From NCBI GenBank assembly GCA_045863395.1, contig BTVJ01000021.1, positions 1-64,000 on the forward strand: a stretch of DNA of 64,000 nt, read 5' to 3'. This DNA comes from Myxococcales bacterium. GTDB lineage: Bacteria; Myxococcota_A; UBA9042; JABWCM01; BTVJ01. The translations under genes were made by a program, and so were the position numbers. The notes under the pieces were generated by a model. That model searched no databases and was not told the DNA's origin. It was given only the letters and a program-made list of their open reading frames with translations. This document shows positions 28,810 through 38,296 of this stretch, one piece after another; position 1 is the first letter of the stretch, and every line of letters starts with the position of its first letter.

Positions 28810-29895
28810 TCACGGGACCACGTGCAGCCCGCCCTCCGGCGCCTCGACGATCTCACCGATGACGGCGGCAGCGAGGGAGGGGCCCGCGTCGCGGAGCGCC
28901 TCCAGGTAGCGGGCGGCCTCGCCCTCGGGCAGCGCGACCAGGAGGCCCCCGGAGGTCTGGGCGTCGGCGAGGAGCAGCCGGTCCGCCGGGTCCACGGCGT
29001 CGTCGAAGCGGGTCCACGGCGTGACCCACTCCAGGTTGCGGCGGGAGCCCCCGGGCAGGACCCCCTGTGCGGCCAGCTCCCGGGCCCGCGGCAGCAGCGG
29101 CACGTCCGCGAGCCGCACCCTCGCCGTCACCCCGCTGCCCCGCGCCATCTCGGAGAGGTGCCCGAGCAGGCCGTAGCCCGTGACGTCGGTGCAGGCGCTC
29201 GGGGAGAGGCCGTCCAGAGCCTCGGCGGCCACCCGGTTCAGCGTGGCCATGCACACGATGGCCGCCTCGATGGAGGCCGGGTCCAGGACGCCGCGCTTGA
29301 TGGCCGTCGTCAGGACGCCCGTGCCGATGGGCTTGGTCAGCACGAGGACGTGGCCGGGCTTCGCCCCCACGTTGCGCAGGACCCTGTCCGGGTGGACGAG
29401 GCCCGTGACGACCAGGCCGTACTTGGGCTCCTGATCGTCGATGGAGTGGCCGCCGACGATGTCGATGCCGGCCTCCCGCGCCTTGTCCTGGCCGCCGCGG
29501 AGGATGGCGGAGAGCACCTCCAGCTTGAGCTTCGCCACGGGGAAGCCCACGACGCCAAGAGCGAAGATGGGACGCGCGCCCATGGCATACACGTCGGAGA
29601 GGGAGTTGGCGGCAGCGATCTGCCCGAACTGGTAGGGGTCGTCGACCACCGGGGGGAACAGGTCGACGGTCTGCACGATGGCGAGCTCGGGCCCGACGCG
29701 ATACACCGCGGCGTCGTCGGCCGTCTGGTGGCCGACCAGGACGGCCGGATCGGTGATCGGGGCGAGGCCGCGCAGCACCTGCGCGAGATCGGCTGGGCCG
29801 ATCTTCGCCGCTCACCCGGCCGCGTGGCTCATGCTCGCGAGGCGGGCCTCCGCGATGCCGATGGGTGTCGGGCAGGTCTTGCTCGTGTCGGTCAT
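28810..29895 (-). CDS. selD: Selenide, water dikinase SelD, selenocysteine-containing (in-frame TGA at 29812-29814)
   Basis: SHAAG-U-AAKIGPADL continues in frame into DDAAVY, QTVDLFPPVVDDPYQFGQIAAANSLSDVYAMG, GGHSIDD, TDVTGYGLLGHL, DAQTSGGLL; RBS aaggagg before ATG 29895. Confidence 0.92.
29783..29808 (-). promoter_or_regulatory. Candidate bacterial SECIS hairpin directly 3' of the selD UGA
   Basis: mRNA UGA-GCG-GCGA-AGAUCGGC-CCA-GCCGAUCU-CGC: perfect 8-bp stem, extendable by 3 bp. Confidence 0.65.
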
Positions 29896-29956
29896 GACGT
29901 CCTCCTTGCCGGGCCGCATGATAGCGCTTGACGCCGTGGGGCGCGAGGAGGAGCGG

Positions 29957-31357
29957 GTGGAGAGAGCCGTGGTGGGGCAGAGGCGCCGGGACCTGCTGCC
30001 GCTGGCGCTGGCGGTGGGCGCCGCCCTCGCGCTGGGGCCGGGACCGGGCGGGTACTGGGACTCCTTCGACTACCTGCGCCAGATGGCGACGGGGGATCTG
30101 AGCGGCGCCCTGCTCCTCGGGCGCGCCGGCTTCGTCACGGCCGGGCGCGTGGCCTGGGCCCTTGGGAGCTGGCTCGGTCCCGACGGGGCCGCCTGGGTGG
30201 TCGCGGCGGCAGTCCTGGCGACGGCCGTCGTGGCGACCTGGGCGATGATGGCGCTCGCGGAGGCGCTGGGCGAGGGACCCCGCGACGCGGCGCTCCTGTG
30301 GGCGCTCTCTCCCGCGGTCGCCTCCTTGAGCTTCGCCGTGATGTCCGAGGTGCCGGCCATGGCGCTCGTCCTGCTGGGGCTGGCGGTGTCCGCGCGGGCC
30401 TGGCGCACGGGAGGGGGCGCAGGCGCGGCTGCGGGCGCGGCCCTGGTCGCTCTGTCGCTGAGCGCCCGGGAGACGGCGGTCGCCTGGCTCGGTCCCCTCG
30501 TGCTCGTGCCGCTCCTGTGCCGAGGAGTTCCTCGCCGCTTGGCCCTGTTCGCCGCTCTGGGGGCGGCCGTGGGGCTCGGTGCGGCGCTCGGCGTCACGGC
30601 GCTCGCCTTCCCCGAGCTGCTGCCGACCCTCACGCGGTGGCAGACCCACATGGCGGACGAGGCGGCGCGCTACCCGGTGGACTGGGGCGCCCAGCTCCGC
30701 ACGTGGGGTCTCTGGGTCCTCGCGTGCGCTCCGCTGGCCGCCCCGCTGGCGCTCCTTGGCGCTCGTGGCATGAGATGGCGGGATCCTCTGGGTATCCTGG
30801 CGCTCTGGAGCGGAGCGATGCTCCTGGCGCTCACGTTCTACCAGGATCTCTCCTGGGGGCCTCGATTCCTCGTCCCCGCGCTCCCGGGGCTCTGCCTGCT
30901 CGGGAGCCACGCCATGGGGAGGCTGGGGCCGCGCGCCCGGGGGGTCACCGCGGTGGGGCTCGCAGGGGCGATCACTGCGGGCTTCTTCGCCGCGGCGCCG
31001 CTCCGCGGCCTGGCCGCCCGAGGCCGGGACGCAGCGAGCGCCGCGGCGGCCCCCGAGGGCAGCGTGCTCATCGCGGGGTGGCTCTGCCCGGCGCTGCGCT
31101 TCCGCGCGGCCGTGGATCCGGGAGCGCCCCGGCCCACGCTGATCTGCCCCGGGTGGACGTGGCCCGGCGAGGAGCTGGCCGACGTCGTCCGCGCCCACCT
31201 GGCCGCGGGGCGCCCCGTCCTCGCGGCCGTTGACCCGGCGCTCTGGCCGGGGGCGCGCTTCGAGGAGAGCCTCCGGGACGTGCTCGCCCTGGGAGAGCAG
31301 GGCTTCGCGCTGGAGCCAGCCGGCAGCCTCGTGAGGATCCGGGCGACATCGCGGTGA
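29957..31357 (+). CDS. Multi-pass membrane protein, probable GT-C (PMT/ArnT-like) glycosyltransferase
   Basis: YWDSFDY first loop, LSP...SFAVMSEVPA, ARET, PRFLVPALP; many TM helices; start uncertain (ATG 29918 possible). Confidence 0.6.
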   Translation: MERAVVGQRRRDLLPLALAVGAALALGPGPGGYWDSFDYLRQMATGDLSGALLLGRAGFVTAGRVAWALGSWLGPDGAAWVVAAAVLATAVVATWAMMALAEALGEGPRDAALLWALSPAVASLSFAVMSEVPAMALVLLGLAVSARAWRTGGGAGAAAGAALVALSLSARETAVAWLGPLVLVPLLCRGVPRRLALFAALGAAVGLGAALGVTALAFPELLPTLTRWQTHMADEAARYPVDWGAQLRTWGLWVLACAPLAAPLALLGARGMRWRDPLGILALWSGAMLLALTFYQDLSWGPRFLVPALPGLCLLGSHAMGRLGPRARGVTAVGLAGAITAGFFAAAPLRGLAARGRDAASAAAAPEGSVLIAGWLCPALRFRAAVDPGAPRPTLICPGWTWPGEELADVVRAHLAAGRPVLAAVDPALWPGARFEESLRDVLALGEQGFALEPAGSLVRIRATSR

Positions 31358-31461
31358 CATGCAGCGCCAGGCGCCGCTTGATCGGCGGGGCCCGCTCTGC
31401 GACGATCACGCCGCCCGCGCACCCGACCCCCAGGGTCAGAGACACCCCGTGGAGGATCCCG

Positions 31462-32787
31462 ATGGCTCGACTCACCCTGCTCGCAGCCCTGCTCACCCTG
31501 GCCCCGGCGGCCTACGGTGCCGTGCTCTTCGACGACGACTTCGGCGGCACGGGCAACCTGAACGGCTACAACGACTGGAAGGCGCGGTACTGCAGCGACC
31601 CGTGGTCCCGCATCGACGGCCGGGCGGCCCCGCTGACGGACGACGGCTGCTCCTGCGGCGGCTGGTCCCCGTGCAAGTTCGCCGTCTACACGAACAACGG
31701 CGGGTGCGGCGGCTCCGAGGCCATCGACAACGTGGTGACCAACGGCGACGAGGGGTGGACGGACTACGTGCTGGAGGCGACGTTCCACCACTCGGACAAC
31801 GACACCATCGGCGTGGCCTTCCGGTTCAAGAACACGGCCAACTACTACCTGCTGGTCATGAGCAACGACATCGGGCCCGGGGTCAACGCCTGCGACACCG
31901 AGTTCAAGGGGTCGCGCCTGTACCGCATCATCGACTCCAACGTGACGCAGCTCGCGCAGAGCCCACTGACCTACACGCCGGGCAAGAAGGGGAGCCTGCG
32001 AGTGCGTGTCGAGGGCAAGGCGATCCTGGCGGAGATCGACGTGCTCGGGGACGGCGTGTGGCAGACCATCGTGTCGATGGAGGACGGGTCCCAGGGGACC
32101 CTCGTGCAGGGGCGCATCGGCATCTACGCGTACCAGAGCGGCCTCGTGGACGCGGCGTGCATCGGCAAGCCCTGCGGCTTCGAGCGCGTGCGCGTGCTGA
32201 CGCTGGACGAGGGGGTCCCGCTCCCCGACATGGACGGCGACGGGGTGGCCGACTTCGAGGACAACTGCCCCGGCGAGCCCAACGGCGACCAGGCGGACGG
32301 CGATGGGGACGGCATCGGGGACGCCTGCGACGAGCCGACCACCGAGCCGGATGCCGGCGGCTGGGAGGACGCCGGGGCCCACGCCGACGCGGGGGGCGAC
32401 GACGCGGCGCCGGGTGATGACGCTGCGTCGGGAGCTGACTCGGCGAGCGGCGGAGGCGGCGACGGCGGCGGGAGTGGGAGCGGTGGAGACGGGGGCGGAG
32501 GCGGAGGCGCTGGTGGAGACGGGGGCGGCGGGGGCGGCGGAGGCGGCGGGGGCGGCGGGGGCGGCGGAGGCGGAGGCAAGCCCGGCGCCGGAGACCTGGA
32601 CGCGGAGCTGCCCTCGGCGGACCTGTTCGGCTCAGAGCCGGATCCCTCTGAGGGGGCGGGCGGGGGCGGCAAGGTCACCGTCAGCGCCGGAGACGGGGGC
32701 GAGGGCTGCTCCACACGCGCACCGTCCTTCGGCCTGGGTGGCCTCCTCCTCGCGCTCCTCGCGGTGCGGCGCCGTCTGGCGCGCTGA
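31462..32787 (+). CDS. Secreted lectin-like (TSP-C/ConA-type) protein with thrombospondin type 3 repeats, Gly-rich linker and MYXO-CTERM-like tail
   Basis: Signal peptide; WTDYVLEA...DNDTIGVAFRF; DMDGDGVADFEDNCP...QADGDGDGIGDACD; GCSTRAPSFGLGGLLLALLAVRRR. Confidence 0.8.
   Translation: MARLTLLAALLTLAPAAYGAVLFDDDFGGTGNLNGYNDWKARYCSDPWSRIDGRAAPLTDDGCSCGGWSPCKFAVYTNNGGCGGSEAIDNVVTNGDEGWTDYVLEATFHHSDNDTIGVAFRFKNTANYYLLVMSNDIGPGVNACDTEFKGSRLYRIIDSNVTQLAQSPLTYTPGKKGSLRVRVEGKAILAEIDVLGDGVWQTIVSMEDGSQGTLVQGRIGIYAYQSGLVDAACIGKPCGFERVRVLTLDEGVPLPDMDGDGVADFEDNCPGEPNGDQADGDGDGIGDACDEPTTEPDAGGWEDAGAHADAGGDDAAPGDDAASGADSASGGGGDGGGSGSGGDGGGGGGAGGDGGGGGGGGGGGGGGGGGGGKPGAGDLDAELPSADLFGSEPDPSEGAGGGGKVTVSAGDGGEGCSTRAPSFGLGGLLLALLAVRRRLAR
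32449..32577 (+). repeat. GGN-codon low-complexity tract (poly-Gly linker)
   Basis: ggcggc/ggaggc runs encoding a long Gly stretch. Confidence 0.85.
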
Positions 32788-32808
32788 CCCCCCTCCCCCG
32801 GAGACACC

Positions 32809-34830
32809 ATGCGCACACGCGCGACCCTGCTGGCGCTGCTGGTCGCCTCCTGCGGCGCCTCCGATTCGACGCCGTCGGGCACCGTCGACGCCCCGACGGA
32901 CGACGTCACGTCCACGGACGCCCCCCCAGGCGACGGAGCTGCCCCCGCCGGGGACTCCAGCGCACCGGCGCTCCCAGAGGGCCCCTTCTTGACCCCAGAG
33001 GGCTGCAACGCCCTTGCCCCCGAGTGGAGCTGCCTGCTGCCGTTCCCCTCCGATGCCTTCCTGCAGCCGGACCCGTCCATGCCCACGGGGCGCCGCGTGG
33101 AGGTGCCCGACGCCGCCGTCCCCCGGGATCTGGACGACGTGGCGCCCGACTTCGAGGGGGTCACCCCAGTGGACGGCTTCTCGGTGTTGCCCCAGATCGG
33201 CGTGCTGATCCCCGGCGGCATCGACGACGGGCCGCTGGTCTTCCATACGGAGGACCTGTCGCTGTCCATGGAGTGGTCGAGCCCCACCCTGCTCATCGAC
33301 GCGGAGACCGGCGAGCGGGTCATGCACTTCGCCGAGCTCGACCCGCGAACGTCGCCGGACGTCGGGGCGTTCCTGATCATCCGCCCGCTGGTGCGGCTCA
33401 AGGACGCCCACCGCTACGTGGTGGCGCTGCATGACCTGACGACCCCGGGGGGGAGCGCCGTGGAGCCGCCGGCCGCCTTCCGGGCACTTCGGGACGCGAC
33501 ACCCGACCTGAAGCTGGCGGAGCTGGCCCAGGTGTACGAGGCCCGCGTCTTCCCTGTGATCACCGGGGTGCCCAGAGGGGAGCTGCAGCTCGCCTGGGAG
33601 CTGACCACGGCCTCGCCGGACGTCGTGACGCGGGACATGATGGCCGTTCGCGCCGACGCCCTGGAGCGCATGGCCACCACCGCCCCGGCGGTCCAGGTCT
33701 CGGCGGTCACGGACGACGTGGACTCGCACATCGCCCGCCGCATCGAGGGCACCCTGACGGTCCCCCTCTATCTGGGCGACGCCAAGCCCGGCGCCACCCT
33801 CCATCGAGGTCCGGACGGCCTGCCCGCCGCCAACGGGATCGTCGCCGTTCCCTTCACGCTGCTGGTGCCGCGCAGCGCCTGGGACTCCGGGACGCCCGCG
33901 CGGTTCCTTCAGTTCGGTCACGGCTTCTTCGGGGGGCGAGGCGAGATAGACGGGGAGTTCGTGCGCACGTTCGCCGACCGGACCGGCGTGGTGGTCGCCG
34001 CCGTGGACTGGTGGGGGATGTCCAAGGACGACCTGCCCGTGGTGCTGGAGAAGATGGTCCTCGACGTGTCGCGCTCCCTCGGGTTCACGGAGCGCCTGCA
34101 CCAGGCCATGGTCAACCAGCTCGCGCTGGCCCACGCCCTGCCCGCCATCGCGGCGCTGCCTGAGCTTCAGGGAGCGGGCGGCCCATTGCTGGACCCCGGC
34201 CACGTCTACTTCTACGGCATCAGCCAGGGGCACATCCTCGGCGCCATCTACGTGACCCTGAGCCCCCACGTGGAGCGCGCCACCTTCGCCGTGGGCGGCG
34301 CCGGCTTCGGCCTCATGATGTCCCGGGCCAACCCGTTCCTGGCGTTCATGGCGCTCATCGACGCGCGCTTCGGGAACGATCCGGTGAAGACGCTGCAGAT
34401 CCAGCTCCTGATGCAGACCACCTTCGACCGCATCGACCCCATCACCTACACGCCGCGCCTGCTCTCCGACACGCTGCCAGGCTGCCCGGCGAGCCGGCGC
34501 GTGCTCCAGCACATCGGCATCGGCGACACCTCCGTGCCCAACCTGGCGAGCCACGTGTTCGCGCGGGCGCTGGGGCTCCCGTCGATTGCGCCCGCCCCGC
34601 GCCCCATCGCGGGGCTGTCGACGAAGGCGCCGCCCATCGACGGGTCCGCGGTCGCCGAGTACGACTTCGGGGTGCCCATCCCCGACATCGTCGCGCGGCC
34701 GGTGCAGACCAAGAACGAGGTCCACGAGGGGCAGCGCGCGCTGCCCGCCTCCATGGATCAGATCGACGCCTTCCTGCGGGAGGGCGGCACCATCCAGAGC
34801 TTCTGCGACGGCGTCTGCGACCCGGAGTGA
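32809..34830 (+). CDS. Lipoprotein alpha/beta-hydrolase (lipase-like)
   Basis: VASC lipobox; LLPFPSD and DGFS N-terminal lipase-type motifs; FGHGFFG; YGISQG nucleophile elbow; C-terminal His (EVHE). Confidence 0.78.
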   Translation: MRTRATLLALLVASCGASDSTPSGTVDAPTDDVTSTDAPPGDGAAPAGDSSAPALPEGPFLTPEGCNALAPEWSCLLPFPSDAFLQPDPSMPTGRRVEVPDAAVPRDLDDVAPDFEGVTPVDGFSVLPQIGVLIPGGIDDGPLVFHTEDLSLSMEWSSPTLLIDAETGERVMHFAELDPRTSPDVGAFLIIRPLVRLKDAHRYVVALHDLTTPGGSAVEPPAAFRALRDATPDLKLAELAQVYEARVFPVITGVPRGELQLAWELTTASPDVVTRDMMAVRADALERMATTAPAVQVSAVTDDVDSHIARRIEGTLTVPLYLGDAKPGATLHRGPDGLPAANGIVAVPFTLLVPRSAWDSGTPARFLQFGHGFFGGRGEIDGEFVRTFADRTGVVVAAVDWWGMSKDDLPVVLEKMVLDVSRSLGFTERLHQAMVNQLALAHALPAIAALPELQGAGGPLLDPGHVYFYGISQGHILGAIYVTLSPHVERATFAVGGAGFGLMMSRANPFLAFMALIDARFGNDPVKTLQIQLLMQTTFDRIDPITYTPRLLSDTLPGCPASRRVLQHIGIGDTSVPNLASHVFARALGLPSIAPAPRPIAGLSTKAPPIDGSAVAEYDFGVPIPDIVARPVQTKNEVHEGQRALPASMDQIDAFLREGGTIQSFCDGVCDPE

Positions 34831-35756
34831 CCCTCGACGTGACACGCTTCACCATCACCGACCGCCCCCTGGAGGAGCTCGGCGCGCCGCTTCGGCGCTC
34901 GCCCATCCACGAGCGGGTGCTGGTCGTCGAGCGCCCGGACGGCTTCGAGTGGGTGCTCACCGTCTGGGAGGACCCGGGTGGAGACCGGGCGCTGCACGCC
35001 GGCGTGCGGCGCCTGGTGGAGGCGACGCTGCTCAGCGCGCTCTCCTGTCCGGCCTCGAACCGGGAGGCCGTGGAGCAGACCCCTCGGGCCCTGCGCCTGC
35101 TCCAGCTCGCCGAGGTGCCCGGGCGCGCGGACGCGGCCCTTCGCGCCTTCGGCTTCCAGCCGTGGGAGGCGCCGGAGTCGTGGCTCGACGAGCGGCTGGC
35201 CGCGCTGCGTACGGAGGCCCGGGCGGTGGGGGCGCCGCTGGGCGACGTGCGCGCCACGTGGAGCGCAGAGGTCCGCGCGCCCGGCGGCATGCTCGGCGAC
35301 AAGCTGCGCGCCCTTCATACGGTGATGACCGACCGGCTCGGCGCCGACGTCTGGGGCGCCACGCCCGGCGGCCCCTCCCGCCTGCTGGCGGAGCTCCTGC
35401 GGCGCTTCTTCGCCGCGGAGATCACCCCGACCTTGGACGGGTTGCGGACGGCGGAGCTGCTGCTGGTTCAGCGAGAGCCGGGGTTCGTGCGCTGGATCTC
35501 GCCCCTGCTCTTCCAGGCCCTGTGCGACCTCGTGGGCGTGGTCACGGTCGCCACGTGGGGAGAGCCCGTCCAGTGGGCCGTCTGCGCCCCAGAGCCAGGC
35601 GGCTTCGTCCCGCCGCCCACCTTCCGCATCGCCACCCCGTCCGGGGCCTCGCACGTCCCCATCGCCGCACACCTGCTGCGCTGGTGCGTCATGCCGCTGC
35701 AGCCTGGCGAGCAGCCCCCGCCCCTGGCTGACTGGATCGCGAAGCAGTACGCCTGA
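34827..35756 (+). CDS. Hypothetical protein
   Basis: GTGA overlap with the upstream stop; coherent codon bias. Confidence 0.65.
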   Translation: MTLDVTRFTITDRPLEELGAPLRRSPIHERVLVVERPDGFEWVLTVWEDPGGDRALHAGVRRLVEATLLSALSCPASNREAVEQTPRALRLLQLAEVPGRADAALRAFGFQPWEAPESWLDERLAALRTEARAVGAPLGDVRATWSAEVRAPGGMLGDKLRALHTVMTDRLGADVWGATPGGPSRLLAELLRRFFAAEITPTLDGLRTAELLLVQREPGFVRWISPLLFQALCDLVGVVTVATWGEPVQWAVCAPEPGGFVPPPTFRIATPSGASHVPIAAHLLRWCVMPLQPGEQPPPLADWIAKQYA

Positions 35757-35816
35757 CGGCTGGGTCCGCGGCGCTCCGCGACTCGGGAAGTGGAGCGGGA
35801 CCGCGGCGCCGTTCGC

Positions 35817-35845
35817 TTCTACCGAAACCGCCGAAGGCGTATACT
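35817..35845 (+). promoter_or_regulatory. Possible sigma70-type promoter followed by a G10 tract
   Basis: ttctac-17 nt-tatact; G10 at 35854-35863 runs into the RBS. Confidence 0.35.
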
Positions 35846-35874
35846 CCGCGCCCGGGGGGGGGGAGGCGGAGCAC

Positions 35875-38286
35875 ATGGCCGTTCGGTCCTGGCGTTGGAG
35901 AGTGACCGCGCTGCTGGCCCTGGGGGTGGTCGCGTGCGCCGGGGAGGCCGGGACCGCGGAGGACGCCCAGACTTCGGACGCGGGCGACGCGGGGGACACG
36001 GGCGCGCCCGGCGATGCCCCGCTGAAAGACACCTCCCACGCCTCCCTGCGCATCGCGGCGGTCTCTCCGACACTCCCTGCCTCCGTGCGCTACGTCGCTA
36101 CCCTCCTGGACGGGCGCGTCCTTCGCGCGACGTGTCCCGGCGAGGGCGACGGAGAGCTCGGCTGCGACGGCACGGACGCCCTCCTGGCAGAGGCCGGCTC
36201 CGTGGTCGTCAAGGCGCGCGGGCACCACTTCACCTCAGTCACGGTCGCGGGCGACGTCGTCGTCCCGCTGGACCCTCTCTCGCCACTGGAGGTCACCGCC
36301 GACTACCGGACCGGGCTCGTCGAGCTGGCCGACTTCAAGACCCTGGCCGTCCCCGCCGCGACAGAGCTCGGCCCGGTCGAGCTGGTGAAGTTCCTGGTGG
36401 ACCTGCGGGGCGACCCGGTCGTCTACCTGCAAGACACGAAGAAGCAGCCGCTCCACTACGCCTTCGCCCACCAGGTGCTGGGGGTCGCCATGACGCTGGC
36501 GGAGTTCGAGGCGGCGACCTACCACGGCGCCGATCGCACATTCATGGCGGGGACCCTGGTGCGATACCCGGACCGCACGATAGAGACCGCCCGCGGGCCG
36601 CTCGACTCGCCCGTGGCCGTGACCTTCTTCCCCAGCGACGACCTGAGCCCCGGGCAGGCGCTGCTCGTTCACCAGCTCCTCGAGGAGCGGCTGGCCTTCG
36701 CCCCGCTCGACGGGTCGGAGGGGCGCCTCGCCTACCTGCCCGCCGGTTCACAGCAGCAGGGGCAGCTCGACGGAGAGGCGCCCCTGTTCGCCGCGCACGA
36801 CGCCGCCTGGATGAGCCAGGGCGAGCTCTGGGGCGCCGTGGACATGCAGCTCCTCAACCCGGGCGTGGCCTACGGCACGCTGCGGGTGATGACCCCCGAG
36901 GAGCTGGAGACTGCGGTGGTCAGCTTCACGGACGTGCTGGTGCTCGTCCGGCTGCCCAACCACCTGCCCATCGTGGGCGGCACCATCACCGAGGAGCTCC
37001 AGACGCCGCTGGCCCACGTCAACGTGGCCGCCCGGGCCCGGGGCACCCCCAACATGGCGCTCCTGGGCGCGTCCCTGGACCCGCGGGTGGCCCCGTTGCT
37101 GGGGACGCTCGTGCGCCTGGAGGTGACTCCGGCCGGCTTCGACCTGCGCGCGGCCACGCTGGAGGAGGCGTCGACGTTCTGGGCCGAGCGTGCGGACAAG
37201 CCCCTGCTCGTTCCCGGCGCCGACGTCGAGCGGGACGGGCTCCTCGCCTTCGCGGACATCGGCTTCGGCGACGCAATCGCGGTGGGCGTGAAGGCCGCCA
37301 ACGTGGCCGAGCTGTCTCACCTGCTCAAGGGCAAGGCGCCGTCGGGCTTCGCGGTGCCATTCCACCACTACGACCGCTTCATGCGCGAGACGCTGGTCAA
37401 CGGCGTGCTCTGCAAGGGCGCCAAGGCCGACTGCCTCGCCGAGGGGCGCCCCGCGGAGGTGTGCGACGGTGCGCACGGGGTGTGCCTTGGCGCCGCTGGG
37501 AGCGACCTCTACACGCTGGTGGACCGCCTGCTGGACGAGCCGACCGTCACCGCCGACACGCCGCTGCGGGAGGCCACCCTCGACATGCTGCGCTGGATCA
37601 TGCGGAACAGCCCCGTGGCGGCCGACTTTGCCACCGCCCTCGACGGGATGGTGGCGGCGACCCACGGCGCCGCCAAGGTGCGGCTGCGGTCGAGCACCAA
37701 CGCGGAGGACCTCACGGAGTTCAGCGGGGCCGGCCTCTACGCCTCGACGGGCGCTTGGGCGACCGGAAAGCAGCGGGCGTCGGCGGAGATCCGCAAGGTG
37801 TGGGCGTCGGTGTGGAGCTTCGCCGCCTTCGAGGAGCGGTCCTTCTGGAACATCGACCACCGGGCGGTGCGCATGGGGGTCGCGGTCCACGAGGCCTTCG
37901 AGGGCGAGGAGGCCAACGGGGTGCTCATCACCCAGAACATCGCGGACCCCATGGTGGTGGGCATGTACGTCAACGTCCAGGCGGGCGACGCGCCCGTGAC
38001 CAACCCGGTCGGGGGCTTGCTGCCCGAGGTGTTCAGCATCGTGCCCGCGCCGCAGGGGCTCCAGGTGGTCCGTCAGCGATACTCCAGCCTGTCGCCCGGC
38101 GTGCCGGTGATGACGGACGCTGAGATCGGGGCGCTCGCCTCGGCGGCGAACAAGGTGCAGCTCCACTTCGCGCCGCTCTACGGCAAGAGCCCGTCGGTGC
38201 TGGCGCTGGACCTGGAGTTCAAGCTCCGCGCGGACACGCGGGAGCTGGTCGTCAAACAGGTGCGCCCCTACTACCAGGCGCAGTGA
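35875..38286 (+). CDS. Lipoprotein with phospho-His swivel and PEP/pyruvate-binding (ATP-grasp) domains; dikinase-like
   Basis: VVAC lipobox; QTPLAHVNVAARARG; VGVKAAN, GFAVPF, RSSTNAEDLTEFSGAGLYAS, KVWASVW, DLEFK, KQVRP. Confidence 0.85.
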   Translation: MAVRSWRWRVTALLALGVVACAGEAGTAEDAQTSDAGDAGDTGAPGDAPLKDTSHASLRIAAVSPTLPASVRYVATLLDGRVLRATCPGEGDGELGCDGTDALLAEAGSVVVKARGHHFTSVTVAGDVVVPLDPLSPLEVTADYRTGLVELADFKTLAVPAATELGPVELVKFLVDLRGDPVVYLQDTKKQPLHYAFAHQVLGVAMTLAEFEAATYHGADRTFMAGTLVRYPDRTIETARGPLDSPVAVTFFPSDDLSPGQALLVHQLLEERLAFAPLDGSEGRLAYLPAGSQQQGQLDGEAPLFAAHDAAWMSQGELWGAVDMQLLNPGVAYGTLRVMTPEELETAVVSFTDVLVLVRLPNHLPIVGGTITEELQTPLAHVNVAARARGTPNMALLGASLDPRVAPLLGTLVRLEVTPAGFDLRAATLEEASTFWAERADKPLLVPGADVERDGLLAFADIGFGDAIAVGVKAANVAELSHLLKGKAPSGFAVPFHHYDRFMRETLVNGVLCKGAKADCLAEGRPAEVCDGAHGVCLGAAGSDLYTLVDRLLDEPTVTADTPLREATLDMLRWIMRNSPVAADFATALDGMVAATHGAAKVRLRSSTNAEDLTEFSGAGLYASTGAWATGKQRASAEIRKVWASVWSFAAFEERSFWNIDHRAVRMGVAVHEAFEGEEANGVLITQNIADPMVVGMYVNVQAGDAPVTNPVGGLLPEVFSIVPAPQGLQVVRQRYSSLSPGVPVMTDAEIGALASAANKVQLHFAPLYGKSPSVLALDLEFKLRADTRELVVKQVRPYYQAQ

Positions 38287-38296
38287 GGAGGTCGAC

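Noticed and set aside
29812..29814. selD as a nonsense pseudogene
   Set aside because: The TGA sits exactly at the catalytic Cys/Sec position and is followed by a hairpin, which fits selenocysteine
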